64,000 nucleotides of DNA from an uncultured Alphaproteobacteria bacterium (lineage in GTDB: Bacteria > Pseudomonadota > Alphaproteobacteria > HIMB59 > GCA-002718135), in the NCBI GenBank assembly GCA_902518895.1, contig CABYHL010000001.1, positions 10,423 to 74,422 on the forward strand, written 5' to 3'. A program made the position numbers and the translations under genes. Below the pieces are notes generated by a model that was not told where the DNA came from, did not search any database, and worked only from the letters and a program-made list of their open reading frames with translations. The stretch's first letter is position 1, and each line of letters begins with the position of its first letter. Shown in pieces: positions 1-13,454 of this stretch.

Positions 1-76
1 AATTACAGCTGAACCTGGAGCACAAATTGCACGATTAATTAGTTCTAACAGTAGCAATAATCAAGAGTCGAACTAG
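1..76 (+). CDS. rplJ: 50S ribosomal protein L10, C-terminal fragment (5'-truncated by window)
   Basis: Frame from nt 2 reads ITAEPGAQIARLISSNSSNNQESN* (TAG 74-76); L10-like C-terminal 'P..QIAR' helix directly upstream of rplL. Confidence 0.8.
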   Translation, partial: ITAEPGAQIARLISSNSSNNQESN

Positions 77-94
77 GTAAATAAGGAGAAATAA

Positions 95-472
95 ATGGCT
101 GATTTGAATAAAATTGTCGAGGATCTATCATCTCTTACTGTTCTTGAAGCAGCTGAACTAAGTAAATTGCTTGAAGAAAAATGGGGAGTATCCGCTGCTG
201 CACCAGTTGCAGTTGCTGCTGCCCCTGCTGCAGGTGGAGGAGAAGCCGCTGCAGAAGAGAAAACAGAATTCGATATCGAACTATCTGAATCTGGATCTAA
301 TAAAATTGCTGTTATTAAAGAAGTAAGAACTATTACAGGTCTTGGACTTAAAGAAGCAAAAGATCTAGTTGAAGGTGCGCCTAAACCACTAAAACAAGGG
401 GTTAAAAAGGAAGAAGCTGAAGAAATGAAGAAAGCATTAGAAGCAGCTGGTGCAAAAGTTACATTAAAATAA
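95..472 (+). CDS. rplL: 50S ribosomal protein L7/L12
   Basis: LTVLEAAEL, Ala-rich hinge, [22 protein letters not shown]; AAGGAG SD. Confidence 0.99.
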   Translation: MADLNKIVEDLSSLTVLEAAELSKLLEEKWGVSAAAPVAVAAAPAAGGGEAAAEEKTEFDIELSESGSNKIAVIKEVRTITGLGLKEAKDLVEGAPKPLKQGVKKEEAEEMKKALEAAGAKVTLK

Positions 473-503
473 TTTGAAGGCCTTTTTAATAAGGCCTTTA
501 AAT
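472..503 (+). terminator. Stem-loop between rplL and rpoB (attenuator/terminator or processing site)
   Basis: atttgaaggcctt-tttaat-aaggcctttaaat: 13-bp stem (one G-U), 6-nt loop. Confidence 0.6.
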
Positions 504-529
504 CTATAAGTGCAAATAAAGGAGAAAAA

Positions 530-3500
530 GTGAGTTTAGATCATATTAATTCAAAAAAAATCAGAAAATCTTTCGGTAAAATCCCACTAGTAACCTCTCT
601 TCCAAATTTAGTTGAGGTTCAAAAAAGATCATTTGATAGTTTTTTGCAACTAAGAACTAATCCAGAAAAAAGAGAAAATATTGGTCTTCATTCAATTTTT
701 AAATCTGTATTCCCAATTAATGATTATGCTGAAAGAGCTACTGTAGACTATGTTAGCTATAATCTTGGTGTACCAAAATATGATGTAGAAGAATGCTCAC
801 AAAGAGGTATGACATACGGCACACCTTTGCTAGTTAATTTTCGTCTAATAATTTGGGATGTTGATGAGATAGCTGGTACTAAGTCAGTTAGAGATATTAA
901 AGAACAAGAAGTATACATGGGTGATATTCCATTGATGACTAAAAATGCAACTTTTGTTGTTAATGGCACAGAACGAGTTGTTGTAAGTCAAATGCATCGT
1001 TCACCTGGTGTTTTTTTTGATCACGATTTTGGAAAAACTCATACCAGTGGAAAATATTTATTTAATGCAAGAATTATTCCTTACAGAGGATCATGGTTAG
1101 ATTTTGAACATGATGCTAAAAATAATATTCATGCTAGAATTGATAGAAAAAGAAAATTTCCTGTCACAACACTCTTTAAATGTTTGTTAAGTGAAGTTTC
1201 TGAAAAATATATAATCGATTGTAATGATAAAAAAATTGATCCGGATCCAAGAAGAATACTTGGAATGACTGGAGAAGAGATACTATCTTTGTTTTATGGC
1301 AATGTTATTTATAAAAAAAATGAATTTGGTTGGGCATTCAAAGAAGATTTATCTTTTTTCAAAGGTAAAATTTTAAATTACGACTTACTTGACTCCAAGA
1401 ATGGCAAAATTCTTTTACCTAAAGGAACAAAAGTAAATCAAAAAATGATAAATGATTTAAAAAAGAAAAATCTTACAAGTGTTACTATAAACGAAGAGTC
1501 TTTAATTGGTTTCTTCTTATCTTCCGACATCATTGATGAAAAAACAGGGAAAATTTATTTTGAAGCAGGCTACGAAATAGATGATATATTCATAGAATTT
1601 ATAAATGAAAATAAAACTAATAAAATTGATATTCTCAAGGCAGATAATATTGAAATTGGTTCATATATTAGGAATACTTTACAGTTAGATAAAGCAAGAT
1701 CTAGGGAAGAGGCTCTATTTGAAGTATTTAAAATATTAAGACCAGGTGAACCACCTACAATTGAGACTGCAGAAAATTTATTTAATAATCTTTTCTTTAA
1801 TTCAGATAGATATGACCTATCAGCTGTGGGTAGATTAAAAATTAATGCAAAATTTAAAAAATCTACACAAATTGATCAAAGAGTGCTTGATAAAAGTGAT
1901 ATTTTGGATGTTGTTAAGCACATGCATAACCTAATTGATGGAAAAGGAGAAATAGATGATATTGATCATTTAGCCAATAGAAGAGTGCGTTCAGTTGGAG
2001 AACTATTAGAAAACCAATATAGAATAGGTCTATTAAAAATGGACAGAGCTATTAAAGAAAGATTAAGCTCGCTTGAGGTAGATAATATTATGCCTCAAGA
2101 TATAGTAAACGCAAAACCAGTAGTAGCTTCGATTAAAGAATTCTTTGGTTTAAGTCAGTTAAGTCAATTTATGGATCAAACAAATCCTTTAAGTGAAATA
2201 ACTCACAAAAGAAGAGTATCAGCTTTAGGACCAGGTGGTTTAAATAGAGAAAGAGCTGGTTTTGAAGTCAGGGATGTTCATCAAACGCATTATGGAAGAA
2301 TTTGTCCAATTGAAACTCCAGAAGGAGCAAATATTGGACTAATAAATAGTTTAGCTTCCTACTCAAGAATAAATAAATATGGTTTCATCGAGACACCATA
2401 CAGAATTGTTAATTCAGGTAAAGTTTCAGATCGAGTAATTTATCTCAGCGCAATTGATGAAGAAGATTTTGTTATTGCTCAAGCAAATGCAGAAGTTGAT
2501 ACTAAAGGTAAATTTTCCAATAATATTGTAAGTTGCAGAAAAAATGGTGAGTTTATAAATGTTGATGTAGATGCAATAGATTTAATGGATGTTTCACCAC
2601 AACAGCTAGTTTCGGTAGCATCTTCTTTGATTCCTTTTTTAGAGAATGACGATGCTAACCGAGCGCTAATGGGCTCTAATATGATGAGGCAAGCTGTTCC
2701 GTTAATTAAACCTAAAGCACCACTTGTTGGTACCGGAATGGAATACACAGTTGCTAAAGATAGTGGCTCAACTATTGTAGCTAAAAGAGAAGGTATAGTT
2801 GATCAGCTTGATTCTAAAAGAATAGTAATAAGAATAACAGATAAGAATGATAAATCGCTTAATAAAATAGATATATATAATCTTTCAAAGTTTCAAAGAT
2901 CCAATCAAAACACTTGCATTACACAGCGTCCTCTTGTTAATGTTGGTGATAAGGTAAATAAAAATCAAGTTATAGCTGATGGGCCGGCAACAGATTTAGG
3001 AGAATTAGCTTTAGGTAGAAATGTTCTTGCTGCATTCATGCCATGGAATGGTTACAATTTTGAGGATTCAATATTAATCTCAGAAAAAGTTGTTCAGGAT
3101 GATGTCTTTACTTCAATTCACGTTGAAGAGTTTGAAGTAATGTCTAGAGATACTAAGTTAGGTCCTGAGGAAATAACAAGAGATATCCCTAATGCAAGCG
3201 AAGAGATGTTAATAAACCTTGATGAAACAGGCATAGTATATGTTGGTGCTGAGGTTAACTCTGGAGATATTTTAGTTGGGAAAGTAACACCTAAGGGAGA
3301 GTCGCCAATGACTCCAGAAGAAAAACTATTAAGAGCAATTTTTGGAGAAAAAGCTGCTGATGTTAAAGATACAAGTTTAAGAGTGCCTCCAGGTGTTAAA
3401 GGAACTATTGTTGAGATTAGAGTTTTTTCTAGAAGAGGAATTGAGAAGGATGAAAGAGCTATTAGTATAGAAAATAACCAAATTGAGATAATTGCTCGGG

Positions 3501-4735
3501 ATAGAGATGATGAATTAAATATACTTGAGAAAAGTTTTGGAAATCATTTAAGAGAACTTCTAAATAATCAGACTTTCGTATCTGGAATTGAAGGATTTTC
3601 TAAAAACACAACTTTAAAGTACGAAGAGTTAGAAAATTTAAGTTTAAATGATTTGCTTAAGATAAATATTTCAGATGATAAAAAAAATAATCAAATTGAA
3701 ACCTTGGTTAAAAATTATGAAAATCAACTTGGAAATATTAACCAAAAATTCGAAAACAAAATTGATAAAATTCAGAGTGGAGATGAATTACTCCCAGGAG
3801 TTCTAAAATTAATTAAAGTTTTCATTTCAGTTAAACGTAAGCTTCAGCCTGGTGATAAAATGGCTGGAAGACATGGTAACAAAGGCGTCATATCAAAAAT
3901 ATGTCCTGTTGAAGATATGCCTTACCTAGAAGATGGAACTCCAGTTGATATTGTTTTGAACCCACTAGGGGTTCCTAGTAGAATGAATATAGGTCAGATT
4001 TTAGAAACACATTTAGGTTGGGCTTCGGCATCTTTAGGCAGACAAGTTAAGGCAATGATTAATAATATTCAATCAGAAGGCCAAACAAATAACCTAAGGG
4101 AAAAATTGTTAGAAATTTATGATTTAGAAAATCATCAAAAAATTATAAAAAACATGGATGATGATGAAATAATTGAACTAGGTAATAACCTCAAAGAAGG
4201 AATACCGTTTGCAACCCCAGTATTTGATGGAGCAAAAGAAAAAGATATTACAAGTTTATTATCTAAATCTGGAGTATCCAACACTGGACAAGAAATATTG
4301 TATGATGGAGTTACAGGAAAAAAATTTGAGAGACCAGTTACAGTTGGCTATATGTATATGTTGAAACTGCATCATTTGGTTGACGAAAAAATTCATGCAA
4401 GATCCATTGGTCCGTACAGTTTAGTTACTCAACAACCACTTGGAGGAAAAGCACAATTTGGAGGACAAAGATTTGGTGAAATGGAAGTATGGGCTTTAGA
4501 AGCTTACGGTGCAGCCTATACACTTCAAGAAATTTTAACAATTAAATCAGATGATGTTGCAGGTAGAACAAAAGTTTATGAATCTATTGTCAAAGGCGAC
4601 AATAATTTTGAATCTGGAACTCCTGAGTCTTTTAATGTAATGGTAAAAGAATTAAGATCTCTTGGTTTAAATTTGGACTTCAAGGATAATACAAAGGAAA
4701 ATAATTTAACAAACTTAATAGGATCAAATGAATAA
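530..4735 (+). CDS. rpoB: RNA polymerase beta subunit (GTG start)
   Basis: [46 protein letters not shown]; AAGGAG SD. Confidence 0.99.
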   Translation: MSLDHINSKKIRKSFGKIPLVTSLPNLVEVQKRSFDSFLQLRTNPEKRENIGLHSIFKSVFPINDYAERATVDYVSYNLGVPKYDVEECSQRGMTYGTPLLVNFRLIIWDVDEIAGTKSVRDIKEQEVYMGDIPLMTKNATFVVNGTERVVVSQMHRSPGVFFDHDFGKTHTSGKYLFNARIIPYRGSWLDFEHDAKNNIHARIDRKRKFPVTTLFKCLLSEVSEKYIIDCNDKKIDPDPRRILGMTGEEILSLFYGNVIYKKNEFGWAFKEDLSFFKGKILNYDLLDSKNGKILLPKGTKVNQKMINDLKKKNLTSVTINEESLIGFFLSSDIIDEKTGKIYFEAGYEIDDIFIEFINENKTNKIDILKADNIEIGSYIRNTLQLDKARSREEALFEVFKILRPGEPPTIETAENLFNNLFFNSDRYDLSAVGRLKINAKFKKSTQIDQRVLDKSDILDVVKHMHNLIDGKGEIDDIDHLANRRVRSVGELLENQYRIGLLKMDRAIKERLSSLEVDNIMPQDIVNAKPVVASIKEFFGLSQLSQFMDQTNPLSEITHKRRVSALGPGGLNRERAGFEVRDVHQTHYGRICPIETPEGANIGLINSLASYSRINKYGFIETPYRIVNSGKVSDRVIYLSAIDEEDFVIAQANAEVDTKGKFSNNIVSCRKNGEFINVDVDAIDLMDVSPQQLVSVASSLIPFLENDDANRALMGSNMMRQAVPLIKPKAPLVGTGMEYTVAKDSGSTIVAKREGIVDQLDSKRIVIRITDKNDKSLNKIDIYNLSKFQRSNQNTCITQRPLVNVGDKVNKNQVIADGPATDLGELALGRNVLAAFMPWNGYNFEDSILISEKVVQDDVFTSIHVEEFEVMSRDTKLGPEEITRDIPNASEEMLINLDETGIVYVGAEVNSGDILVGKVTPKGESPMTPEEKLLRAIFGEKAADVKDTSLRVPPGVKGTIVEIRVFSRRGIEKDERAISIENNQIEIIARDRDDELNILEKSFGNHLRELLNNQTFVSGIEGFSKNTTLKYEELENLSLNDLLKINISDDKKNNQIETLVKNYENQLGNINQKFENKIDKIQSGDELLPGVLKLIKVFISVKRKLQPGDKMAGRHGNKGVISKICPVEDMPYLEDGTPVDIVLNPLGVPSRMNIGQILETHLGWASASLGRQVKAMINNIQSEGQTNNLREKLLEIYDLENHQKIIKNMDDDEIIELGNNLKEGIPFATPVFDGAKEKDITSLLSKSGVSNTGQEILYDGVTGKKFERPVTVGYMYMLKLHHLVDEKIHARSIGPYSLVTQQPLGGKAQFGGQRFGEMEVWALEAYGAAYTLQEILTIKSDDVAGRTKVYESIVKGDNNFESGTPESFNVMVKELRSLGLNLDFKDNTKENNLTNLIGSNE

Positions 4736-7700
4736 AGAACTTACAAATATTTTTAATCAAAATCAAGGTGTGCAAAATTTTAATAGTCTTAAGATATCTA
4801 TAGCTAGTCCTGACGATATAAGATCTTGGTCATTCGGAGAAATAAAAAAACCAGAAACAATAAACTATCGAACATTTAAACCAGAGAAGGATGGTCTTTT
4901 TTGTTCTAGAATTTTTGGTCCTGTGAAAGATTATGAATGTCTATGTGGCAAATATAAGAGAATGAAGTTTAGGGGAATAATTTGTGAGAAATGTGGAGTA
5001 GAAGTAACACTTTCAAAAGTAAGAAGAGATAGAATGGGTCATATAGAATTAGCTGCACCTGTATCTCATATTTGGTTTATGAAATCTCTCCCTAGTAGAA
5101 TTGCAACTCTTCTTGATATGACAATTAAAAATTTAGAAAAGGTGCTTTATTTTGAACAGTTTATTGTGGTTGAGCCAGGATTAACAGATCTTAAAAAAGG
5201 TGAAATAATATCCGAGGAACAATTTATACAATATCAAGATGAATATGGTGAAGATTCTTTTAGCGCAGCTATCGGAGCTGAAGCAATTGAACAAATGCTC
5301 TTAGGTATTGATTTAGAAAATGAGTATAATCAATTAAAAATTGATTTAAATGAAACTAAATCTGAACTTAAAAAAACTAAAATAACAAAAAGACTTAAAC
5401 TTATAGAATCATTTATTTTATCAAAAAATAAACCTGAATGGATGATCATGAAAGTTCTTCCTGTCATACCTCCAGAATTAAGACCTCTTGTTCCACTTGA
5501 CGGTGGAAGATTTGCAACTAGTGACTTAAACGACTTGTACAGAAGGGTTATTAATAGGAATAATAGATTAAAAAGATTAATCGATTTAAGAGCACCCGAT
5601 ATCATTATTAGAAATGAAAAAAGAATGCTTCAAGAATCTGTAGATGCTCTTTTTGATAATGGAAGGAGAGGAAGAGTTATTACATCTACAAATAAAAGAC
5701 CGCTTAAGTCACTTTCTGATATGTTAAAAGGTAAACAAGGAAGGTTTAGACAAAACCTTCTTGGTAAAAGAGTTGATTATTCAGGACGTTCTGTAATTGT
5801 TGTTGGTCCAAATTTAAAACTACACCAATGTGGTATACCAAAGAAAATGGCACTAGAACTTTTTAAACCATTTATTTTTCACAAACTTGATATTTATGGT
5901 TGGGCTAATACTATTAAGGCTGCTAAAAAGCTTGTAGAAAAGGAAGATCCTCGTGTTTGGGATATATTAGAAGAAGTAATAAGAGAACATCCAGTTCTTT
6001 TAAATAGAGCTCCGACTCTTCATCGATTAGGAATTCAAGCTTTTGAACCAATATTAATTGAAGGAAAATCAATCCAATTACATCCACTGGTTTGTACAGC
6101 TTTTAATGCAGATTTTGATGGAGATCAAATGGCTGTTCATGTTCCGTTAAGTCTTGAAGCTCAGCTTGAAGCAAGAGTACTAATGATGAGTACAAATAAC
6201 ATTTTGCATCCAGCTAGTGGCAAACCAATTATTGTTCCTTCCCAAGATATTATTCTAGGAATTTATTATTTATCAATAATGAGAGAAAAACAAATTGGAG
6301 AGGGACGAAATTTTATTGATTTAAATGAAATATTAAAAGCTCTAGAAAATAATGACATTACACTTCACTCAAAAATTATTGCAAGAATAGAAACGTATGA
6401 AGGTAATTTATCTAAAGTTGAAACTACTCCCGGGAGAATGATACTAGGAAATATTCTACCTAAGAATAAAAATATAAACTTTGAATTGATAAATAAAGTT
6501 CTTACAAAAAAAGAAGTTAGTAACATAATTGATTCAGTTTATAGATTCTGTGGACAAAAAGAGACTGTTTTATTTGCCGATCATATTATGCAAATCGGAT
6601 TTAAATATGCTGCAGTAGCTGGTATTTCATTTGGTAAAGATGATCTTATTATTCCATCTGACAAAAATGATCTTTTAAATACTACCCAATCAAAAGTTCA
6701 AGAATATGAAGACCAATATCAAGACGGATTAATTACTCAAGGAGAAAAATATAATAAAGTAGTTGATGCCTGGTCAGAGTGTACCAATAGAGTTGCAGAC
6801 AAAATGCTAGATGTAATTTCTAACCCTTCCGATGATCAACCAATTAATTCTGTTTACATGATGGCGCACTCAGGAGCTCGAGGATCTGCAGCTCAACTAA
6901 AACAATTATCAGGAATGAGAGGCTTGATGGCTAAACCTTCTGGTGAAATTATTGAGAACCCAATTAAATCTAATTTTAAAGAAGGTTTATCTGTTCTTGA
7001 ATACTTCACTTCGACTCATGGAGCTCGTAAAGGTCTTGCCGATACAGCTCTTAAAACAGCTAGCAGTGGATATCTAACCAGAAGATTAGTGGATGTAGCT
7101 CAAGATGCAGTTATTAGAGAATTAGATTGTAATACTAAAAAAGGTGTATTAGTTGAGGAAATAGTTGAATCAGGCAACATAACATCTCCCTTAACTGAAA
7201 GAATATTAGGTAGAACACCTGTAGATAATATTATTGATGAAAATCAAAATATTATTGTTAATTCGGGTGAAATTATCTCTGAAAAACATTTAGACCCTAT
7301 ATCAAAGCTAGGATTGAGATCATTAAAAATTAGATCAGTACTAACTTGTGAGACAGAAGATGGAATTTGCTCAATTTGTTATGGAAGAGATCTAGCTAGG
7401 GGTACACCTGTTAATATTGGTGAAGCTGTTGGTATTATAGCAGCACAATCAATTGGAGAGCCTGGTACCCAATTAACTATGAGAACATTTCATATTGGCG
7501 GAGCCGCTAGTTCTTCTGTTGAGCAATCTAATGCTATGTCACCAGTGTCAGGAAAAATAAAACTAGAAAATATTAAAATAATCGAAGATCGATTTAAAAA
7601 CAAAATAGTCTTAAGTAGAAACGGAAAAATAAAAATTTCTGATAATGAAGGTGATAAATTTTCTTCGAATATTCCTTTTGGATCTAAAATTTTTGTTAGT

Positions 7701-8840
7701 GATGGTGATCATGTAGAAAATAATAAAATGCTTGCAGAGTGGGATCCTTATACTTTACCTATTATTGCAGAAAAAAATGGTTATGTTAGATACGTTGATT
7801 TAAAGCAAGGTATATCATTTAGAGAATCAATAGATGATACTACAGGCATATCTAGCAAAATTGTAATTGATTGGAGTCAAAATCAAAAAAGTAAAAATTT
7901 TAAACCAGCAATAAATATTTTGGAAAGTTTATCTGATGAAGAAAATTTAAGTTTTTCTAATTATCCCATGTCTATTGATTCTATATTAAGTGTAGAAGAT
8001 GGGCAGGAAGTAACAGCTGGACAAGTAATTGCAAGAATTCCTAAGGAATCATCAAAAACAAAAGATATAACAGGTGGACTTCCAAGAGTAGCAGAACTAT
8101 TTGAAGCTAGAAAACCTAAAGATCCTGCGATTATGTGTGAAATCGATGGTAAAATTTCTTTTGGCAAAGATTACAAAAATAAAAGAAGAGTAATAATTAC
8201 ATCTTTAGATGAAAAAGATACTGTTGAACTTTTAATTCCAAGATCTAAATATTTAAATGTTCAGGAAGATGACTTTGTAAAGAGAGGGGATATTTTAGTA
8301 GAAGGTACACCAGTTCCTCATGATATATTAAGAATTTTAGGTATTGAAGAACTTGCAAGATATTTAGTTAGAGAGGTTCAATCAGTTTATAAACTACAAG
8401 GAGTTTATATTAATGATAAGCATATTGAGACAATTGCAAGGCAAATGCTTCAAAAAGTTTTAATTAAAGAACCAGGTGATTCTAATCTAATTTCAGGTGA
8501 ACAAATACAAAGAAGAGATGTTTTAAAGTTAAATAAAATTTTAGTTGAGCAAGGAAAGAAAGAAGTTACTTTTGAACCTGTTTTGTTAGGAATAACAAAA
8601 GCAAGTCTTCAAACTAACTCATTTATTTCAGCAGCTTCCTTCCAGGAAACAACTAAAGTCTTAACTGATGCAGCTACATTAGGTAAAATTGATACTCTAA
8701 ACGGCTTGAAAGAAAATGTTATAGTAGGTAGATTAATACCAGCTGGCACCGGAAAAATGACAACAGACTACGAAAATATAGCATTTGAAAGGGATAAAGA
8801 AATAATCAATAAAAATCAGTCTGAAAATCTTGAAAATTAG
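4728..8840 (+). CDS. rpoC: RNA polymerase beta' subunit
   Basis: [12 protein letters not shown] catalytic motif; N-terminal Zn finger CLCG..CEKC. Confidence 0.99.
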   Translation: MNKELTNIFNQNQGVQNFNSLKISIASPDDIRSWSFGEIKKPETINYRTFKPEKDGLFCSRIFGPVKDYECLCGKYKRMKFRGIICEKCGVEVTLSKVRRDRMGHIELAAPVSHIWFMKSLPSRIATLLDMTIKNLEKVLYFEQFIVVEPGLTDLKKGEIISEEQFIQYQDEYGEDSFSAAIGAEAIEQMLLGIDLENEYNQLKIDLNETKSELKKTKITKRLKLIESFILSKNKPEWMIMKVLPVIPPELRPLVPLDGGRFATSDLNDLYRRVINRNNRLKRLIDLRAPDIIIRNEKRMLQESVDALFDNGRRGRVITSTNKRPLKSLSDMLKGKQGRFRQNLLGKRVDYSGRSVIVVGPNLKLHQCGIPKKMALELFKPFIFHKLDIYGWANTIKAAKKLVEKEDPRVWDILEEVIREHPVLLNRAPTLHRLGIQAFEPILIEGKSIQLHPLVCTAFNADFDGDQMAVHVPLSLEAQLEARVLMMSTNNILHPASGKPIIVPSQDIILGIYYLSIMREKQIGEGRNFIDLNEILKALENNDITLHSKIIARIETYEGNLSKVETTPGRMILGNILPKNKNINFELINKVLTKKEVSNIIDSVYRFCGQKETVLFADHIMQIGFKYAAVAGISFGKDDLIIPSDKNDLLNTTQSKVQEYEDQYQDGLITQGEKYNKVVDAWSECTNRVADKMLDVISNPSDDQPINSVYMMAHSGARGSAAQLKQLSGMRGLMAKPSGEIIENPIKSNFKEGLSVLEYFTSTHGARKGLADTALKTASSGYLTRRLVDVAQDAVIRELDCNTKKGVLVEEIVESGNITSPLTERILGRTPVDNIIDENQNIIVNSGEIISEKHLDPISKLGLRSLKIRSVLTCETEDGICSICYGRDLARGTPVNIGEAVGIIAAQSIGEPGTQLTMRTFHIGGAASSSVEQSNAMSPVSGKIKLENIKIIEDRFKNKIVLSRNGKIKISDNEGDKFSSNIPFGSKIFVSDGDHVENNKMLAEWDPYTLPIIAEKNGYVRYVDLKQGISFRESIDDTTGISSKIVIDWSQNQKSKNFKPAINILESLSDEENLSFSNYPMSIDSILSVEDGQEVTAGQVIARIPKESSKTKDITGGLPRVAELFEARKPKDPAIMCEIDGKISFGKDYKNKRRVIITSLDEKDTVELLIPRSKYLNVQEDDFVKRGDILVEGTPVPHDILRILGIEELARYLVREVQSVYKLQGVYINDKHIETIARQMLQKVLIKEPGDSNLISGEQIQRRDVLKLNKILVEQGKKEVTFEPVLLGITKASLQTNSFISAASFQETTKVLTDAATLGKIDTLNGLKENVIVGRLIPAGTGKMTTDYENIAFERDKEIINKNQSENLEN

Positions 8841-8860
8841 CTTTTTTTTAGCATAACTGC

Positions 8861-8889
8861 TTGACTTTATCGCTATCAGTTAATAAAGA
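8861..8889 (+). promoter_or_regulatory. Putative sigma70 promoter of the rpsL (str) operon
   Basis: TTGACT (8861-8866)-N17-TAAAGA (8884-8889). Confidence 0.55.
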
Positions 8890-8892
8890 CCC

Positions 8893-8915
8893 CTACGATT
8901 TGTTAAAGGTCGTGG
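8893..8915 (+). promoter_or_regulatory. rpsL leader hairpin (candidate cis-regulatory RNA)
   Basis: ctacgattt-gttaa-aggtcgtgg: 9-bp stem with 3 G-U pairs, GC-richer than the surrounding intergenic DNA. Confidence 0.4.
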
Positions 8916-8947
8916 ATTAATTTCCAAACACTTAACTAAAGGATAAA

Positions 8948-9319
8948 ATGCCAACTATTAACCAACTTGTTAGAAAAGGTAGGACTAACGTAAAAAAAAG
9001 AAATAAAGTGCCTGCGTTAGATAAAAGTCCTCAAAAAAGAGGTGTCTGTACAAGAGTTTATACAACGACTCCAAAGAAACCAAACTCTGCTCTAAGAAAA
9101 GTAGCAAGAGTTAAGTTAACTAATGGCCAAGAAGTTTCAGCTTATATCCCAGGAGAAGGACACAATTTACAAGAACACTCTGTTGTTTTAATTAGAGGCG
9201 GGAGAGTTAAAGATTTACCAGGTGTCCGTTATCATATTTTAAGAGGTACACTTGATACACAAGGTGTTTCATCTAGGAAACAAAGAAGATCTCTATATGG
9301 AGCAAAACGTCCTAAGTAA
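8948..9319 (+). CDS. rpsL: 30S ribosomal protein S12
   Basis: [23 protein letters not shown]. Confidence 0.99.
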   Translation: MPTINQLVRKGRTNVKKRNKVPALDKSPQKRGVCTRVYTTTPKKPNSALRKVARVKLTNGQEVSAYIPGEGHNLQEHSVVLIRGGRVKDLPGVRYHILRGTLDTQGVSSRKQRRSLYGAKRPK

Positions 9320-9321
9320 AT

Positions 9322-9792
9322 ATGTCTAGAAGAAGAGCAGCTGAAAAAAGAACAATCTTACCCGATCATAAATACAAGGATTTGGTTCTAGCAAAATTTA
9401 TGAACAGAATTATGTTAGATGGAAAAAAATCAATATCTGAAAAAATTGTTTATGGCGCTTTCGATATTGTTTCTAATAAAACTGATAAGACCCCAATTGA
9501 TTTTTTTCATGAAGCTCTGAATAATGTTAAACCATCACTAGAAGTTAGGTCAAGAAGAGTTGGAGGCGCAACTTATCAAGTTCCAATGGAAGTAAGACCT
9601 AAAAGAGCTCAAACTTTAGCAATGAAATGGATAGTTGACTCTGCAGTAAAAAGAAATGAGAAGACTATGCGGGAGAGAATTGCAAATGAAATAATTGATG
9701 CATTTAATAATAAAGGCAATGCAGTTAAAAAAAGAGAAGAAACTCATAAAATGGCTGATGCCAACAGAGCGTTCTCTCACTTTAGGTGGTAA
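9322..9792 (+). CDS. rpsG: 30S ribosomal protein S7
   Basis: [22 protein letters not shown]. Confidence 0.99.
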   Translation: MSRRRAAEKRTILPDHKYKDLVLAKFMNRIMLDGKKSISEKIVYGAFDIVSNKTDKTPIDFFHEALNNVKPSLEVRSRRVGGATYQVPMEVRPKRAQTLAMKWIVDSAVKRNEKTMRERIANEIIDAFNNKGNAVKKREETHKMADANRAFSHFRW

Positions 9793-9798
9793 ATTATA

Positions 9799-11877
9799 AT
9801 GACCAGATCTCATCCATTATCCAAATATAGAAACATAGGAATTATGGCTCATATAGATGCTGGGAAAACTACAACAACTGAAAGAATACTTTATTATACT
9901 GGTAAATCTCACAAAATTGGTGAAGTTCATGATGGTGCTGCAACAATGGATTGGATGGAGCAAGAACAAGAACGAGGAATAACAATTACCTCTGCCGCAA
10001 CTACATGTTTTTGGAAAGATCATAGAATAAATATTATCGATACACCTGGACATGTAGACTTTACAATTGAAGTAGAAAGATCACTAAAGGTATTAGATGG
10101 TGCCGTGGCTGTTTTTGATGGTGTTGCAGGTGTTGAACCTCAGTCTGAAACAGTTTGGAGACAAGCAGATAAATATAAAGTTCCTAGAATGTGTTTTATA
10201 AATAAATTAGACAGAACAGGAGCTAACTTCTTTATGTGTGTTGACATGATTTCAGATAGATTAGGTTCATACCCTCTTGTTACACAACTACCTATTGGGA
10301 TTGAAAGTAATTTAAAAGGAGTTGTTGATTTAGTCTCAAATCAGGCAATCATTTGGCAAGATGAAAGCCTAGGAGCAAAATTTGACATTGTAGACATTCC
10401 AGATGAATTAAAAGACCAATCTGCAGAATATAGAGAAAAATTAATTGAAAAAGCAATTGAAGAAGATGATACAATTATGGAAAAATATTTGGATGGTAAA
10501 GAACCAACTATTGATGAATTAAAATCTTGTATAAGAAAAGGAACAATTAAAGGATCTTTTGTTCCAGTTTTAACTGGTTCTGCATTTAAAAATAAGGGAG
10601 TTCAACCTTTATTGGATGCTGTGATAGATTATATGCCATCACCAACAGATGTAGCTAGTGTCAAAGGAGTAGATATAAATGACGACAACATTGAATTAAC
10701 AAGAAACTGTGAAGATAATGAACCCTTTAGTGCTCTTGCTTTTAAAATAATGACCGATCCATTTGTTGGTAGTTTAACTTTTGCTAGGATTTACTCTGGT
10801 TCTATAAATACAAAAGACTCTGTGTTAAATTCAAACTCAGGTAAAAAAGAAAACATTGGTAGAATGTTATTGATGCATGCTAACAATAGAGAAGAAATAA
10901 AGACAGCTAATGCTGGTGATATTGTTGCACTTGTTGGTTTAAAAGATGTTACTACTGGAGAAACTCTTTGCGCTCAAGATAAACCAATTGTTTTGGAAAA
11001 AATGGATTTTCCTGATCCTGTTATTGAAGTAGCTGTTGAACCTAAAACAAAAGTAGATCATGAAAAAATGGGGCAAGCACTAGGAAGACTTGCTCAAGAA
11101 GATCCTAGTTTTAGAGTAACTACTGATCATGAAAGTGGACAAACAATTATTAAAGGTATGGGAGAACTTCATCTTGAAATACTTGTTGATAGAATGAAAA
11201 GAGAATTTAAGGTTGAAGCTAATGTAGGCGCACCACAAGTTGCTTACCGCGAAACAATATCAAATTCTTTTGATGTTGATTACACTCATAAAAAACAATC
11301 TGGTGGTGCTGGACAATTTGCTAGAGTTAAAATTAAATTTGAACCTGGGGAGGCTGGGAGTGGTTATCAATTTATAAATCAAATTAAAGGTGGAAATATT
11401 CCAACAGAGCATATCCCTGGTGTAGAAAAGGGTTTGATAGCTCAGCAACAAACAGGGGTAATTGCTGGGTTTCCATGTATAGACTTTAAAGCTACTTTGT
11501 ATGATGGGGCGTATCATGATGTAGATTCAAGCGTATTAGCTTTTGAGATTGCTGCAAGAGCAGCATTTAGAGAAGGTATAGCGAAAGCAAGCCCAGTTCT
11601 TCTAGAACCAATGATGAAGGTTGAGGTAGTAACACCTGAAGAATATATGGGTGATGTTATAGGAGACTTAAATAGTAGAAGAGGACAAGTACAAGAAATG
11701 TCCACAAGAGGAAACGCTAATGTAGTTGATGCCATGGTTCCACTTGCAAATATGTTTGGATATGTAAATAACCTTAGATCTCTCTCTCAAGGAAGAGCTA
11801 ATTACACAATGCAATTTGATCATTATGAAGAAGTACCTTCAAATGTTGCAGATGAAGTAAAGGCTAAGTTAGCTTAA
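9799..11877 (+). CDS. fusA: Elongation factor G
   Basis: [24 protein letters not shown]. Confidence 0.99.
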   Translation: MTRSHPLSKYRNIGIMAHIDAGKTTTTERILYYTGKSHKIGEVHDGAATMDWMEQEQERGITITSAATTCFWKDHRINIIDTPGHVDFTIEVERSLKVLDGAVAVFDGVAGVEPQSETVWRQADKYKVPRMCFINKLDRTGANFFMCVDMISDRLGSYPLVTQLPIGIESNLKGVVDLVSNQAIIWQDESLGAKFDIVDIPDELKDQSAEYREKLIEKAIEEDDTIMEKYLDGKEPTIDELKSCIRKGTIKGSFVPVLTGSAFKNKGVQPLLDAVIDYMPSPTDVASVKGVDINDDNIELTRNCEDNEPFSALAFKIMTDPFVGSLTFARIYSGSINTKDSVLNSNSGKKENIGRMLLMHANNREEIKTANAGDIVALVGLKDVTTGETLCAQDKPIVLEKMDFPDPVIEVAVEPKTKVDHEKMGQALGRLAQEDPSFRVTTDHESGQTIIKGMGELHLEILVDRMKREFKVEANVGAPQVAYRETISNSFDVDYTHKKQSGGAGQFARVKIKFEPGEAGSGYQFINQIKGGNIPTEHIPGVEKGLIAQQQTGVIAGFPCIDFKATLYDGAYHDVDSSVLAFEIAARAAFREGIAKASPVLLEPMMKVEVVTPEEYMGDVIGDLNSRRGQVQEMSTRGNANVVDAMVPLANMFGYVNNLRSLSQGRANYTMQFDHYEEVPSNVADEVKAKLA

Positions 11878-12185
11878 TGGATAATCAAAATATAAGAATT
11901 AGATTAAGAGGATACGACAATTCTTTATTAGATAGTAGTACTCAAGATATCATTAATACTGCGAAAAGAACTGGCGCCAAGGTTAAAGGACCAATTCCTT
12001 TACCCACTCGATTTGAAAGATTTACTGTAAATAAATCTCCACATATTGATAAAAAAAGTAGAGACCAATTAGAAATAAGAACTCACAATCGTCTCTTAGA
12101 TATAATTGATCCAACACCTCAGACAGTTGATGCTTTGATGAAGCTCGACCTATCTGCTGGAGTAGAAGTAGATATAAAGATTTAA
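11877..12185 (+). CDS. rpsJ: 30S ribosomal protein S10
   Basis: IRIRL..GPIPLPT..SPH; TAATG overlap with the fusA stop. Confidence 0.99.
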   Translation: MDNQNIRIRLRGYDNSLLDSSTQDIINTAKRTGAKVKGPIPLPTRFERFTVNKSPHIDKKSRDQLEIRTHNRLLDIIDPTPQTVDALMKLDLSAGVEVDIKI

Positions 12186-12186
12186 T

Positions 12187-12834
12187 ATGTTAAGATCTGG
12201 TTTAATAGCTACTAAAATTGGTAATACATCTTATTTTCAAGAAAATGGTATTAATACACACGTTACTGTTTTAAAAATTGATGAATGCGTAGTAACTAAT
12301 ATCAAAACTACAGAAAAAGATGGCTATAACGCTGTTCAACTTGCTTCCATTGAAACAAATAAAGATATTTCAAACATAAACAAACCACAAAGAAAGATTT
12401 TTTCATCAATTAAACTAAAACCTATGAAAATTTTGAAAGAATTCAGGGTTGATAATGAAAATGTTTTAGAAATAGGTACAAAACTAAACGCTAATCATTT
12501 TAAAGTTAATCAATTTGTTGACGCCAGCAGTGTATCTATTGGCAAAGGTTTTGCAGGTGTCATGAAAAGACATAATTTTGGAGGATTAAGAGCATCTCAT
12601 GGTGTTTCAATTTCCCATAGATCTCATGGATCAACTGGTCAAAACCAAGATCCTGGTAGAGTTTTTAAAGGAAAAAAAATGGCCGGAAGAATGGGCAATA
12701 GAAGAGTAACCAAACAAAATTTAAAAATAGTTGAAATTGACGATAGTAATAACCTTTTAATAGTAAAGGGCTCTATTCCAGGTAAAAAAAATTCTATTAT
12801 TTTTTTAAAAGATTCAACAAAAAAAACTAAATGA
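12187..12834 (+). CDS. rplC: 50S ribosomal protein L3
   Basis: GKGFAGVMKRHNF, QDPGRVFKGKKMAG. Confidence 0.98.
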   Translation: MLRSGLIATKIGNTSYFQENGINTHVTVLKIDECVVTNIKTTEKDGYNAVQLASIETNKDISNINKPQRKIFSSIKLKPMKILKEFRVDNENVLEIGTKLNANHFKVNQFVDASSVSIGKGFAGVMKRHNFGGLRASHGVSISHRSHGSTGQNQDPGRVFKGKKMAGRMGNRRVTKQNLKIVEIDDSNNLLIVKGSIPGKKNSIIFLKDSTKKTK

Positions 12835-13454
12835 AAAAATCAATTTTTAATTTAAAAAACAAGAGTGTCGGCGATATAGAACTGGATACAAGTATATTTG
12901 GTATTAAAATATTACCAGATTTAATCCATCAGTATATTAGATACCAAAATGCTAAATCAAGACAAGGATCGCATAAAACTAAAACAAGATCTGAAGTAAG
13001 TGGAAGAAGCAAAAAGCCTTTTTCACAGAAAGGTACAGGTAATGCTAGGCAAGGAAGTAATAAACCACCAAATTTTCGAGGTGGTGCAGTTTCAATGGGC
13101 CCAGTAAATAGAGATTATTCTTTTTCATTAAATAAAAAAGAAAAAAAATTAGCTTTGAAGTCCGCTCTTTCTGTTAAGGTTTCAGAAGACAAAGTTGTAA
13201 TTATTGATTCTTTTGAAATTAAAAGTTTTAAAACTAAGGATTTATTCTCCGATTTAAAACAATTTAAATACAAATCAGCCCTATTTATTCACTCAGAAAA
13301 TGGATTAGATAAAAATTTTAAATTAGCATCATCAAATATACCAAAAATATCAACCTTAAATCAAAAAGGTATTAATGTTAAGGATCTCATAACATTTGAT
13401 AAAATTTTTATTGAACAAAAATCTATAAATGAAATCACTAAGAGGTTATTATGA
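12831..13454 (+). CDS. rplD: 50S ribosomal protein L4
   Basis: TKTRSEVSG..KPFSQKGTGNARQG. Confidence 0.98.
   Translation: MKKSIFNLKNKSVGDIELDTSIFGIKILPDLIHQYIRYQNAKSRQGSHKTKTRSEVSGRSKKPFSQKGTGNARQGSNKPPNFRGGAVSMGPVNRDYSFSLNKKEKKLALKSALSVKVSEDKVVIIDSFEIKSFKTKDLFSDLKQFKYKSALFIHSENGLDKNFKLASSNIPKISTLNQKGINVKDLITFDKIFIEQKSINEITKRLL

Noticed and set aside
4728-4735. Possible rpoB-rpoC fusion
   Set aside because: Separate frames with an 8-nt overlap; rpoB has its own TAA and rpoC its own ATG
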